Assembly (NCBI GenBank): GCA_030141605.1
Contig: JAQGDQ010000007.1
Coordinates: 979,173 to 1,043,172 of the forward strand
Length of the DNA stretch: 64,000 nucleotides
Direction of reading: 5' to 3'
Origin: Tubiluchus corallicola
Lineage: Eukaryota; Animalia; Priapulida
Position 1 is the first letter of the stretch, and each line of letters starts with the position of its first letter. The notes beneath the pieces are model-generated. The model searched no databases. It worked only from the letters and a program-made list of their open reading frames with translations, and had not been told where the DNA came from. Positions 1 to 13,052 of this stretch are shown in pieces. A program made the translations under genes and the position numbers.

Positions 1-1289
1 GTTAATGTCTTACTTAATAAAATGTAGATGATAATTTTAGCCGATAATAATAATGATTGATAAAATATTTTTATCTTGTTTTATTTTCATTTAAAATTTA
101 TTTCGTACGTTAACAATGTACGTGGTATGGTAAGAAAAGTTAAAACACCCAGCTGAACACAAGACTAAAAGATAAAAAAGCTAAGAAATTCACAAGACTG
201 ACAACAGGTTAGAGAACTATATGCTTTAAAAATGTTAACGCAAAGTTGTTTTCATGAAGTAGGCTTGAAGATGAAGATTTTTTTGGAGTTTCTAATATGA
301 AAACATCGTTTTTTAACAGAAGGTGGTGGCCTAATTATCGTCGCCAGCTTGTCACAGGTTTGATTATTTTTTTAAACTATCACTCGTGAATAATTATTGC
401 TGCGCGCGTTTCAGATTTCTAAAAACAAGACAGTCAAGTCATTTCATTTGTCGCCACTGGGAAATGTTTTAATGTTTGACGATCGTTACAAGAAAAGTAT
501 ATCATTGCAAGAAAGGTATGGCGCATGTTACTTCTGCCTGATATTAATTAGTGTCTATCATCGATGAAAGCGTACCATCTATAATCTAAACTCCATGAAA
601 GCGTACCATTCTTATAAAAACAAACTTTGCTGTATACTACCGACTTCTTTCTTCTTGCGATAACCCCTTGGCTCCTGCGAAGTGCTGCATTTTATCTGAA
701 GTTATTAGCAAAGAAAGATTAGTTAACAATAAAACTGAAATTAGTTGTTATGAGTTATACATGAAATGTAAACGTTGTTAGCTTAGACACACCCCAGCTC
801 CAAGTCACAAAAACACATACTATTTTTAAATGAATATTTTCCAGTTAAATGTCTAGTGAAGTTAGGCACTGTAGCAAGAAATAGCTTTTTATTAAACATT
901 TATTAAAACTAACCAATGTCAATTTGTAAATACAAAATACTGTCTCCAATCTGTTTTATTAAACATAATAAAGCTAAACTTAAACTTTTTATACATTTTA
1001 GAAATCTCTACAAATTTAATTTTCTTATGTTTTTCGTTTTTTGTTAATTTTCGTTCTTTAAAACATAATAATTTATTTTCTAATTGTAGCACAATTGAAT
1101 TATTCAATCCAGCATTTTTGGCATCGTGAGTAGAAGGTGAGTCATGAGAAATAAATAATGCAGAACTTCGTTATTTATCCTGATGGTGAGTTTAACCTCT
1201 GCAAATAATTATTATTTCAACACAAAGCAAAATGTATATCTATATCTCAAATGGTTTTTCGGTTGACATTTATGTGATCTGCTAATTTT

Positions 1290-1478
1290 TATTTGGTGGT
1301 TCTTTGACCAATGATCCTTTGTCTTTTCAATTGAAACATTGACTAGTGTTCCTTTTTCTGAAGGCTGTTTAACTGGTGGTCCTTTGTCCACTTTGATCCT
1401 ATGACCGGTGAACCTTTGTCTAATGGACCTTTGACCTGTGGTCCTTTGACATGTTTTCCCTTGTGGCGCGACCGGGTT
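1290..1478. repeat. Degenerate ~15-bp tandem array (GGTCCTTTGACC-like), probably the modular end of a non-autonomous DNA element
   Basis: Repeated ggttctttgacc / gatcctttgtc / ggtcctttgtcc / gaacctttgtc / ggacctttgacc / ggtcctttgac units. Confidence 0.6.
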
Positions 1479-4400
1479 CAGATAGTTTATAATATAAGCC
1501 AACGTAAACTATTGTAGGCCTAAATCCGCTTGATTACGAATAGAGTTCATATAACAGCGTACGACTGAAAATAATTAGCAGGAAGTTAATAACAAAGAAA
1601 TGGGGTTATCAATTATGCGCAATTTATGACACGCATTTTTGATATTAAATAATGAACGCATATATTTGCATAAATTAATGTCAAGCGAATTTTAATTAAA
1701 CCTAATCAAACAACATCGATCCAATAAAAAGCTTAAATTTTTGAGTGTTTCAGAACGAGTTGGAGTTCTTTTGAAAGATATTCAGCAGGTCATTATTATC
1801 GCAGATTTTGGTATTTTTGTGTTAATTTAGAATTATACCTAATTTGATTGCAGGTCTTAAAATTTTAAACTGAAACTAAAATGAACTAGGACTGGGACAG
1901 TCTTGTTACGTTTTCTCTTTTTGGTAGTTAACATGCAGTCAGTGAGCTTTTTCCTATCCTGCTATTGGTAGCAAATGGATATTGACTATTTTTTGTATAT
2001 AATGTCACTTGCCCTAATTTGAACCCCTAATTGAAGTCACAAATACACTGATATGAGATAGAATACTGGAAATTTGCAATCGCTATAATGTTAGGTACCT
2101 TCACATTTGTTACCAATTATGTAACTATATACACTGCTATTATAGGGTTGTTAACTAAATGCACTACGATAATTATTTATGATGTCGCAAAGGTGCTTCA
2201 CTTACGTGTCAAGTTTTGGTGTTACATTAATAACGGAATTTCCAAATCAATTTATGAATCACTGTAACCGTTAAACTGCTGTGTCACAACACAGTATTGC
2301 GCATGCACGAAACATCAAAAAATCTACTAGAAACTGTACATTTGTATTTATTTCTTTTCCGGAATTAATTTATCCTGCGTTACCATATTATGAGAGACAG
2401 GATTACGCATGCGTTAAAATTACCCAAGTCATCCGCGTAAAGTTATTTAACCGAAAATTCAAATTTTAAGAAAATTATGTCGCAATGATTGATTAGTTCA
2501 TAAAATGCCATGCGTTAGATTAGCTAGGATTTCGCTTGTAATTTACTTCGCACAAATTTTAAAACGTTATAATTACTGCATCAGAAAATCAGAATGAAGA
2601 AAGAATGCACAAATTGAGGTGTAGGGACTGTTACAGCGATGGATCGAAATTCTTTTGAAGCTTATGAGTACCTTTATTTACATAATGGTTAACTCCACTA
2701 TATGCAAGAAAAGTATAAAAGTCATAAGAGTCAATTTCCTTGTTCAGTTTCCCATAACATGGGGGCGCCCTTAACAAGTTTTCCCAGAGCAGTGTATAGT
2801 AGGAAAGTACTATGCACCGCTCTGGTTATTCCTTGTGTCTCTCTAGTTTGATCTTTTATAGCTGCTTAACTCTTAGTCTATTTCAACTAAGCAGACTGTG
2901 TTTAAAGTTGTTGGTGCCTAATAATAGGCGACTTGTAAGGTTTTGTGACAAGCAACTCAAAAATTATAAATACAAGTGTCGTTAACTTAAAAATTATTTT
3001 TCTTGCGTTTCTTTGTTTGCTCTCGAAATGTGGGATTTTAATGTGATTAGACTAAAGCTTTTTGTGTATAAAGGAAGTTCTCGAAAAGCATATTATTAGA
3101 AATTAGTATTTGTTGATCTTTACTGTAGTTCCTAGCTAGAGATAAACTAAAGTAATTGATTAAAACATCATGATGCAAATACTTATTTACAATAAAGTTA
3201 CAAGGTTAGACGTACATACTGAATGACATTAATAATACGAAACAAAGGTTAGACGTCACAAATTTTACGATAATAATTATTAGTATCTAGTTAAGCTGTG
3301 CACAGTACTTTAGAGGACCTACATAAAGATAGCCTCTACGGCGGAAAAACCTGTTCCTAGCATTTTACGCACCAGGCTGGTTTAGCCTTAAGAAATTATA
3401 GTAGAATAAATCTAAATTTAACTTTGTACATACACAATAATTGTCTTATCGGAAAAACGTTTCGGACAATACTTATTCGACAAGCAAAAAGAAGCAAGAA
3501 AAGCACAGAAGGAACAAGCAGTTATGGAGCATCTTCTAACTTGACATGTTATAAGAATGTTAGTTACAAACTATTAGGGAAGTCCGAAGTGGTAAAAAAG
3601 ATTCATCAATATAGACGGTGGATGCCAGAAAAGGGTTGTCAATGAACTGAAGTTCATTACTGATATGAATTTTCGAAAGTTACACATAGTGCCTACTTCC
3701 TAGTCTTATTTTATTTGACATCACATACAACGCTTAATTATTTACGAGATTTGAAAAAAACATGTAGACAAAAACGAAGTAAATACCAAACAGTGAAGGT
3801 AAACGCAAGACTATGTAATGTCAAAGGATCAGCATCAAAATACCTGCAAAAAAGTGTTGTTCAATGGAGTTGCCAATACTATATACTTTTATTGATTCTC
3901 GTTTACACTCAACCGCATGGTTGTAATTATTTTACAGTCCAAGCGTTAATTTACTATTTTGCCAAAGGTAAATATATTAATAAACATTCTTATGAACTAA
4001 GTAAGTTTTGTCCGTTCGTTACAATATTACTGGAACTTCAAGTAAGAAGTTCTAGCACGTTTGTCATCCAGGAAAAGCTTAACTATTATTCCTTCCAACA
4101 TTTGTTATTTTGACGGGTCTTCAGTTGTAGTTCAGAAAGAAAATTAGCATAAGCCTTTTGCCTTTTGCCAATTCACGTATCTTCTTTTAAAAGGAACCTG
4201 CTATCGTGAAATGAATTGCATAAGTTGAATTACTTCACGTAACAGTGGAAGTTTTCTTGCTTTGATGTGTTCATATACTTGCAGTTTCGGCTTTGGCGGC
4301 TTTCGGAAGCTTCTTCTCGTCATAGTGGTCTTTGCATCCATAATGAAATGCTCAAGACCACTCTTGAGATCCAGTCATTTTTGCAACATAGGATTTCATA

Positions 4401-7400
4401 GCCATTAAGATGCTCACTGTCATTGTTCAAAATCCCCATTGAGACCGGTAATAACATTACATAGCTTAACTGCGGAACTTAGCTGCATGGTTTCTTCTAT
4501 TAAATAAACATTAAATTATTGATGAACGCAGGCATTGTTTATTAAATATTAATTTTTTTCAAACATTTTTCCAGGGCAGTGAATATCTAAAATTGAGACT
4601 AAAGTGCAATATAATAATATATAATAATTTTACAATATTACAATAATAAATGATATAATATAAATTATAATAATTATATAATATATAATAATAAAATCAG
4701 ATGTTGTGTTAACATAATGATACTAGTCTACAGTTATCATTACAAATTTTTTTACAAAAGAATACAGTTTGAAGATATCACTCAGTAGCACAGCATGAGG
4801 CGACAACTGACAACTTTTACTTACTAGCTTGGTGATTTGTTATTTGGTCGGTACAGTACACGAATAAACATTTCAAAACTTAAAGTCCTGTTTTAACAAA
4901 ATTTTTCAGACAATTTCACTGATCATATTTACTGTATTCTTCGCTTTAAATATTTCATATTGTATTTAACTATTGCTTCATGCTCTCTTGAATGTTGCCT
5001 TCATGCCGTATTCAAATGAAGTAAAAGGATTTTTAAAAAAAAATTGTAAACTATATCATATACAGTTTTGACAATATTGTTTTTCAATTATATTTGTATT
5101 GAATTTGTGTATTGCATTTTGTATCGTTCTTTAGTATTGAATATCGTGTTTTAATTTTAATTTTAAAAACCACTAAGGATACCTACTCCTGAGGAGAGTG
5201 GAGAAATGTTTTTTAAAAACTAAATAGCTTACGCCATAATTGGTAAGTCATTTTCGGCTATTTCCGTATTCTCTTGACTCAGATTTCACTGGGTTGTTTC
5301 TATAATGGTCTTTGACAAGTTTCAGGAAAATTTGTTAGACAGCCTTCATGATACATGCATTGCGGCTTACATATCCCATTAAGAAATGACAGTCGTGTTT
5401 CCATTTACGATACTTGCCTTAGAGAATGCGAAAGAAGAGATACAAGTTTATGACAATTGATGGATCAGAGTTATGTAGATCGCTGTCTTTATGCATGTCT
5501 TGATACATAGAACTCTTTAAATGAATCAGTTTCGAATGGTTGAAAATTTGCATAAAATACTCATAACAGTTACATGCATACAAAACTAATTTGACATCAA
5601 CATGGTGTGTATCATAAAGAATTTTAGAAGAGAAGTGCTTAAAAAGCTTATTTCAGCTTGAACAAATATTTCCACGCTTATCACCAGAAACTTCAGGCTT
5701 GTATATACCTAGAACTGCATGCAGCTTAGTTTCTTAGCTTACAGTTATAGATCGTTGATGTTACAGGATATGTTGTGCTATAATGTATCGCAAAGATTCA
5801 CAGAGCAGACAGCTTTGTACTTCTTTTGAGGAGATGCCATTTTAAAAGTAAACAACGATCACTTTGAAAACCTATATCAGGCAGATTTCGCTAAGGAATA
5901 ACTAGCATATCTCTTAAACACAATAAACAGCGGTCACTGTGCAAAAAACCATGTATCCCATTCCTGTGTCTACATTACACGCTACCTGTAAGGCGCTAGT
6001 TATCGTTGAGTTTTAAAAATAGCCCGCTCTCTGGTCCGCAAGGAAAAATACTTGAACAGGCAGGTATGTCAGGTGTTGCTACTGACCAAACTACTTGCTG
6101 TGTGATTTGAATTCTTGATTATTGCTTATAAATAGCAAAAAAGGGTGGACAACAACCCTAGAGTCATTTAGCCCAAGTAGGTCCTAGACTTTGTGTATGG
6201 TGTAAATGGCGGTTTATGGATTAGCTATAGGGATATGTGGATCAGTGGTTCGACTTCTGGCCTAAAAATTACCTCGAGGCTTATAAGCCTTAGACTATAA
6301 TCAAGTAGGATTTTGCACAAATTACAAAAATTACAAGCGTTTTCTGCGTGGCAACAAACTTGCGAAAACAGATGTTGAAAAACTAACTTATACGTCCAAA
6401 ATTTCTAGGTACCCATGGCTTCACAGACCCATAGCAGCTTTTTTACTTCTTGTTTAAAATGTACAACAAGCGTTTTGAAGAAGTACGTTCAACAGCAATC
6501 ATAAAAATTCGGTCGCACGGTTTCAGTCTTTAAGTGACTCGAAGAAATTCGGCTATTATTATATCCCGCAAATGATTTTGCTTAAAGATAAAATTATGCA
6601 CTTTGGAAAGATATATTTAGAAATTACTTCGGAAAACTTATCGCATTACTGTTTTTAAACAAGAAAAATAAGCTTGTTCCTGCAAATAAGGAAAATAAGG
6701 AGGAATTATTATATCACCGAGGGAGCAACACTTAATTCAACTAGCTTCCTGCACGGGCTGTGACTGCAGTTAAAAAATTTTTAAATGCGTCACAGTGTTT
6801 GTTGCAGAAGAAAATTTTTGTACATCAAAGAAACTAGATGTGGCTACAAAACATTTGTCTTGATTTAATGCCCTTGCGGTCGGGTCTTTTTCACTTTTCA
6901 TCTGTAACTTAAATATGGCTACCGTGATATATCATGAAATTATACACGTATCATTACTTTCAGTGAATCGTTGTTTGCAGCCTAAAAGTTCCCAAGGAAA
7001 ATCTATTGCTTCGGTTCTGCGTCAATATTGCTTACTACATTCTCTCCAGCGTGAAAAATTTAAAGATACTTCCGCTGATGATCCAAAGTCTTGCAGAATT
7101 TTTTGAAATGACGTGGAGGATGACTGTAGGATCACGAAATCTGATTATACCTTATCTATATTCTGCCGCAGTCACACGTGATTCAAGTAAAGCACAATCA
7201 AACAGTTAAACATTTCATTTTTCTCTTTCTCTTATCAGTTTGCTATTTTCATTTGCATGTTTTTGTGTTTGTCCGTTCCCTTCAGTTCTTGCCCATAGTA
7301 TACTCACTATACTGCCCTAGAGGCGAATATAGACGTGCCACAACTATAAACACCTTAGCAGAGTATTAAAATAAATTCCATTGAATATATTTTAAATTTT

Positions 7401-7486
7401 TTATCTTAGTTTGATTCTCAAAGACTTAACTTGTTCCGTCGATTTCAATCCTTTCATTGTAATTCCAGCTATGTTTCCCTTTTTCC

Positions 7487-7601
<115 letters not shown>

Positions 7602-7812
7602 GTTTCTGACTCTTTCTTCCTACCTCCTTTTAACTACCGTTTTATATGAAAGAAATTCTGAAATAAAAGTTTAAATTCAAATTCAAATTCTCCCACTTTT
7701 CCGTCTTCTTTTCTCTTTTAGTAGTTATTCGTTTTATTTCTCATCAAAATACACATACATATGTTTCAAAATAAGAACTAAACAACGAACTTCCTTCTCG
7801 TTTTTTCTCGCT

Positions 7813-8556
7813 TCTACCAAGCATAAAAATTTGGGGCCATTTAGTCACGTACCAAAAATTGTTGTTCTAGCTCAAAAACTGTAAGAAGAGACAGAGCCTA
7901 CGAAAAATTGACATAATGCCTATTGTCATTGACCCTTTCAGCCGAGGTCATTGTTCAGTATTTCGTGCCCAACCTGCCATGCAAGTCCGGGACTTCACCT
8001 TGTTTACATTTTCAGTTATTGACAAAAACCTATTTTAGCACTTTTTCCATTTCACGTGACCTAGCCACGCCCACTCTGATAAATTTTTTGTGCACATCTA
8101 CCCTTACTTGACTACACGTTCATGCAAAAATATAGATTCCCAGTCCAACACTATAATAGAAGCTGAGTTATTTGGCCTATTTTTCACACTTTGGCCACGG
8201 TCACTGTGACCCTTGACCTAGAGGTCAGCTTTCCCATACCATTCTCTGAGTATCTTATCTGCCCTGCAAGTTTCGTGATTCTAGTTCTCACGTTTACGGA
8301 GTTACAGACATGACCCAATTTTCTGACTTTAGTTTTTATTTCGGGTCCTTAACGAATTCCAGGTTTTAAAACCTCAGGTGCACATCTACTACACAGTGCC
8401 TAAATACTTGTGAAAACATTTTGGAAAAACTGGTAGCCCTAGGAGGAGATTTGGAGTTATAGAAAAACGAAAAGCGCCCGCTGCCCCTGGCCCTTCACCA
8501 GAGGTCAGACGCCGTTACTGCCGTGTCCCGCCTAGTTCTACCTATCCCGTGAGCTA
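7813..8556 (+). mobile_element. Non-autonomous interspersed repeat with TGACC-type internal motifs (Helentron/HINE-like, tentative)
   Basis: Recurring cattgaccc/gaggtca, cacgtgacct, gtgacccttgacctagaggtca and agaggtca motifs, a GC-rich 3' part and no coding signal. The family assignment comes from recalled similarity only. Confidence 0.4.
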
Positions 8557-10383
8557 TATATAAAGAAAGAAGAACTATTGTACAAAGAGAGAATGGTTTC
8601 TTCAGGATGCAATTTTTTCACTTCATTACACTTCGAATGAGTATCCTACACATGAATTTTAATTACATTTCACAAATTTATTTACTTTGGGGCTTAATTA
8701 ACGTAGGCTCATTTTACGCGCTTTTAAGACGGTTCTCACAGCTTCGCCGAGAAGCTAAAAGCGAAGCCTTCAATGAGCAGTTATCACTATCCGACACACA
8801 AACTCTTAACAATTGGGGAAGCCAGCGAGTAATTAGAGAGTAGTGCTACTTAGCGCTGACCGCTTGGATAAGTACACAAGACTTAACAGGAAATATGGTT
8901 ACTTTTGCCACCGTACTTAGCAAGAGCTTGAGGCCGATGCCACGCATTAAAACTTGAAACCAGCTATTTAATGAAGCGTATTAATTCACTTAGTGTGATA
9001 TTAGGGACATTTCACACACGGTTCATGCAATGAACGTGACGACTCATATTGCTGCGATATACTGCACGCTGATTATAGAGCGTGGAATGGCATGCTATAG
9101 GCTGTAAGCGTAAAGGTGCTCACATTGTGCTTACAATGCAAAACATTGAGTTAGTGCTGACTGCTGATACTTTGGGTGTCAAAAACGTATCAACCACAAT
9201 GATACAATATATATTATATATACGTACGTTATACAATCTGTACGTTATATATTATTTTGTTTGAATAAACCTAAACTGTATTTAGAAATTACTTATCAAG
9301 TATAATTTTGTGAATACATCCAACAGGCTCTCAGTCTAGTTTAGCACCAGTACAAAAATTGGTAAAAGAATTAAAGGAAACGAGAAAAATTATTCACATA
9401 TAACAAGACGTGTCCTTTGTTTTCAAACCATCTCGTAAAATAGAGCAAAATGGCAAAAGCATTTTCTTTTCAAAGATTGTCTATGTTACGTGTTCAGATT
9501 TGTAAACAAACAGTTTACCAGTTTTCAAAATTGTCTTATTGTTCATGCCCGCATAACAATTGATCATTGTTCAGTCTTACTGTTATATCCACACAATAAT
9601 AGCTGATAATTTTCAAACTATTTTATAGAAAATTGGTTTTTTTGAATAATTTTATACAATTAAACTAATTAAATATTCACCTGATGATAACTGGAAATCA
9701 AGCCCAAACATCCTGCTATTTGCAAATAATGCGAGACTCTTGGTTGCAATAACTCCTCTACTGATCTTTACATCGATACTGTTCCCCCCTGTCAAATCAG
9801 TGGCGGTAGTTATACATGGCATATTTGGCTCCTTTAGCTTTATTTCAAATACCGGGTTGGATGTCGGAATTTGAAGCCTAAATTTATCTAGTCCACATTT
9901 ACTCGGCACACATGGAATCATGTAATTATGAAGCCCATAAGGTTTCATAATTACAGGCAGCTCAAATGCATATGGCGCAGTAAGATATAATATTCAGCTC
10001 GCAATGATTTAATGCAAGTATCGGCTTCACATTGCTGCCTATTTGCGAGTGTTGTATCTAAAATGTCAGAGAAGCTTCAGCTAAACCAGCGCTTTCATAT
10101 CATATATGCTTCACAGTGCAAGATGAAGCCAGCCGATACTGTATGTCGCACAACACCTTTATGTCAACTGGAAATAGACAGGTTAGAGGTTCTATATAAA
10201 TAACGAGTTTAATAAGGACCCCAGGTTTCGTATAGCGTGACAATGATTGTACAAAAATTGTAGTTTATGGTTATGGTTCCTACTAACATAAAGGTTCGCT
10301 AAATAAACCAGATGCGTAATTTCAAAAAGTACGTTTTATAATAGACCAGAAGAAAATGCCGAAAAGGTAGAGCTATAAAGTTC

Positions 10384-13052
10384 TAGGTCTATAAAAGCGG
10401 GCAACACAGGCAGTCTTATCAATTTGAACCCGAAAAAATGTCAGCTTGGAAAATAGGCGAAAAACAGTGAAAATCGCAAAAACCGAAATGGCTGCCAAGT
10501 TTTGCATAAGCTAAATTAATCAAAAGAAATTCACAACAAATTGATATTAAGAAGCGACTATGACATCTATTCTATGGTAGACAAACCTATTCACTCCATT
10601 TCTGTTACTTTCTTTTCAAAAATGCCGCCACGCCACACGCAATTATGCCATTCCTGCAGTTATATAAGCTGTTTCACCTAAAGATTTATTAACAAAACAC
10701 AAACATCAATTCGACCTTGTTGAATCCAAAAAACTGCTGAACCCCAAAGAGGAGGTAAGGAAATTAAACAGTCCAATAAAAGCAAAAAAAACAAGATAGC
10801 CACCAGGACCGAAATATGGTTTAGTAAAATGTTCAAAAAATTGCTAATTTCACCCAAAATTTTGCACAATGGTAGAACCCATCAAGGTGATATTAGATAT
10901 GGGTCAACCGAAAATCCTCCAATATAGCCGCCGTTTTCAAGATGGCCGACAAGATGTCTTTTGCCACTATATCAAGGCCGTATCTTAAGTGTTAGAATAG
11001 ATAAGATGACCATTTTGGAGTGTAAATTTAGGTTTTCAATGTTTAAGACCACATCTGATACTTAAAATACCTAAGACGTCATGTTATTTAGTATTTCAAG
11101 AGGGTTCCAAGATGTTGCAGGTGCTCATGTAATATGTTAGCTACATTGTATGTTCTTAGGCTGATAGGGTGAGGATTTTAGCATGTAGACATAGGCTTTA
11201 ACTGCAAATGATTTAGGGTAGCATCCAGTGTGGCATTCAAGATGGCTGATGCTGAACAACACTTATGACATCACCTATTTAATATTTCAATATGTTTGCC
11301 AAGATAGCTGCTGCGGCTTCTATAATGTATCAGCTAAATCGTACGTTCTACTGGAGATTAGTTTTAAAGATCAAGTATTTACGTATTAGTATTATTCATA
11401 TTAAACCTTAACGATATCAGCAATATCATGTATGCACATCACTCATTTAATGTACGAGTTGATAACGAGGCCAGCAATAAGAAACAAACTGTCTGTGTCA
11501 GAATCTTGATATACATAACATAGATAACACTACCTTAAAAACATTTCTCACATTCACCACCACATTTGCACAGAGCTATACAAACAAAACTTGCTTGAAC
11601 ACACTTACATATGCCATATAGCATTTGGTTGGCTGGCAGTAATACTTAATTACGTTAAATGTTATGTTAACTGGGTACTGGTAACTGGTTAACTAGTTAC
11701 TTTACTTTAAAAACGACTTCTGGCCTTAGTGTCCAGTGCTGTTCGCACGTCACATCAGTAGGGACCTCTTCTTGCCTCGTCAAATGGTGAAGGTGAAGTT
11801 GGGGCATTGATTAATATCTGGCTTAGCCGTATCGTGCCTGATATACCACATGTTTGTTGTGCTCCTACGGTGCTGCAGACTCTGGAGGACTTGGCTCAAT
11901 TGACTTTCTTTTTTTGTGAATGCTGCTCAACTCTAGCAGTGTTTCTTAGAGATATAAATGCCTCAGACGCTTACCATGTGAGCCGAGCGAGTTTTTTCCT
12001 TTCTCTCTGTAAATGCTCAAGTCTTGTCGTAACAGTAGGTAGGCTATTGGCACGGAATGGTGATAACGCTGATTTCGTGGCGCTTGGCATTCACAATTTG
12101 ACATTGACTAGGATATTGCCTTTGTAAGCTACTGACAGCCATCTTTTCGGCCATTTTGAAAATGGTGGTCATACTGTATACTACCCTAAATCCTTGATCT
12201 TTAAATAATATAATTAGATACTAAAATCATCATCTCATTTGCCTTAGAACATGCAATATAGCTAATATATTACACAAGTGATCACAGCCGTCTTGGCAAT
12301 CGTCTTAAACCCCAATTTAAGTGATGCCATGGGTGTTTTAGCATCAGATATGGATTCCTTGACCTTGAGAACTTATACTTAGACACCAAAACCTTTGCTT
12401 GTCTGCTCTAATAGCTAAAATAGGGCTTGTAATAATTAGCAATTTTCATCTTCTCAGCCATCTCAAAAATGAATGATTTTCGATAAGACTCATAGCCAAA
12501 ATTAATCAATCTGATGTGTTCTGGAATTACGCAAAGTTTTATAACTCACAGGCGAAATGAATAAGTTTTTCATCATTCTGTTAGATGCTAGATATATGAG
12601 GAATCCTATTGTCATCTTCTTATTGGACTGCTTAAGTGGATTTGCATTTTTGGCCTAATAGCAGTTTGTGAGATTCAGCAAGGTCGAGTTAATAAAAATA
12701 ACTTGCTTTTTGTTTTTATAATAAACCTTTATATAGATAATAGTAAATAGTTAATATAATTGCATGAATGGCATAATTTTGCTTTGTGCGGTTGCCATTT
12801 TTGAAATAAAAGTACCAGAAATGGATTCCTTAGGTACAGCCACCCTGGAACAGATGGCATGATAATCGCCGCTTAATGGTAATTTTCTGGGAATTTGTTT
12901 TTATTTACGTTGTTTGTGCAAAAAGCTTGGCCGCTATTTTGTTTTTCTTTTGCGTTTTTGAAGTTTCCGCTAATTTTTCAAGTTGCCAACAGTTTTTTCG
13001 GGTTCAGCGTAATAAAATTGATAGGACTATCTATGTTGCCTATTTTAGAAAA
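10384..13052. mobile_element. ~2.7-kb non-autonomous DNA transposon with very long diverged inverted arms (Academ-like, tentative)
   Basis: 10390-11100 aligns in reverse complement to 12300-13050 (e.g. tgaacccgaaaaaa vs ttttttcgggttca; tcgaccttgttgaatc vs gattcagcaaggtcga). CAAGATGGC-like motifs flip orientation across the centre, and the left end begins TAG. Confidence 0.75.

Noticed and set aside
1881-1941. Hydrophobic stretch (TGTVLLRFLFLVVNMQS) as the signal exon of LU gene A
   Set aside because: The ATG at 1881 is out of frame and hits TAG at codon 3, and the gtgagc donor is phase 0 rather than the required phase 1.
3864-3967. YYILLLILVYTQPHG / ..YYFAKG with phase-1 GT donors as the signal exon of LU gene A
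   Set aside because: No in-frame ATG (the ATG at 3864 is in another frame) and no good upstream acceptor.
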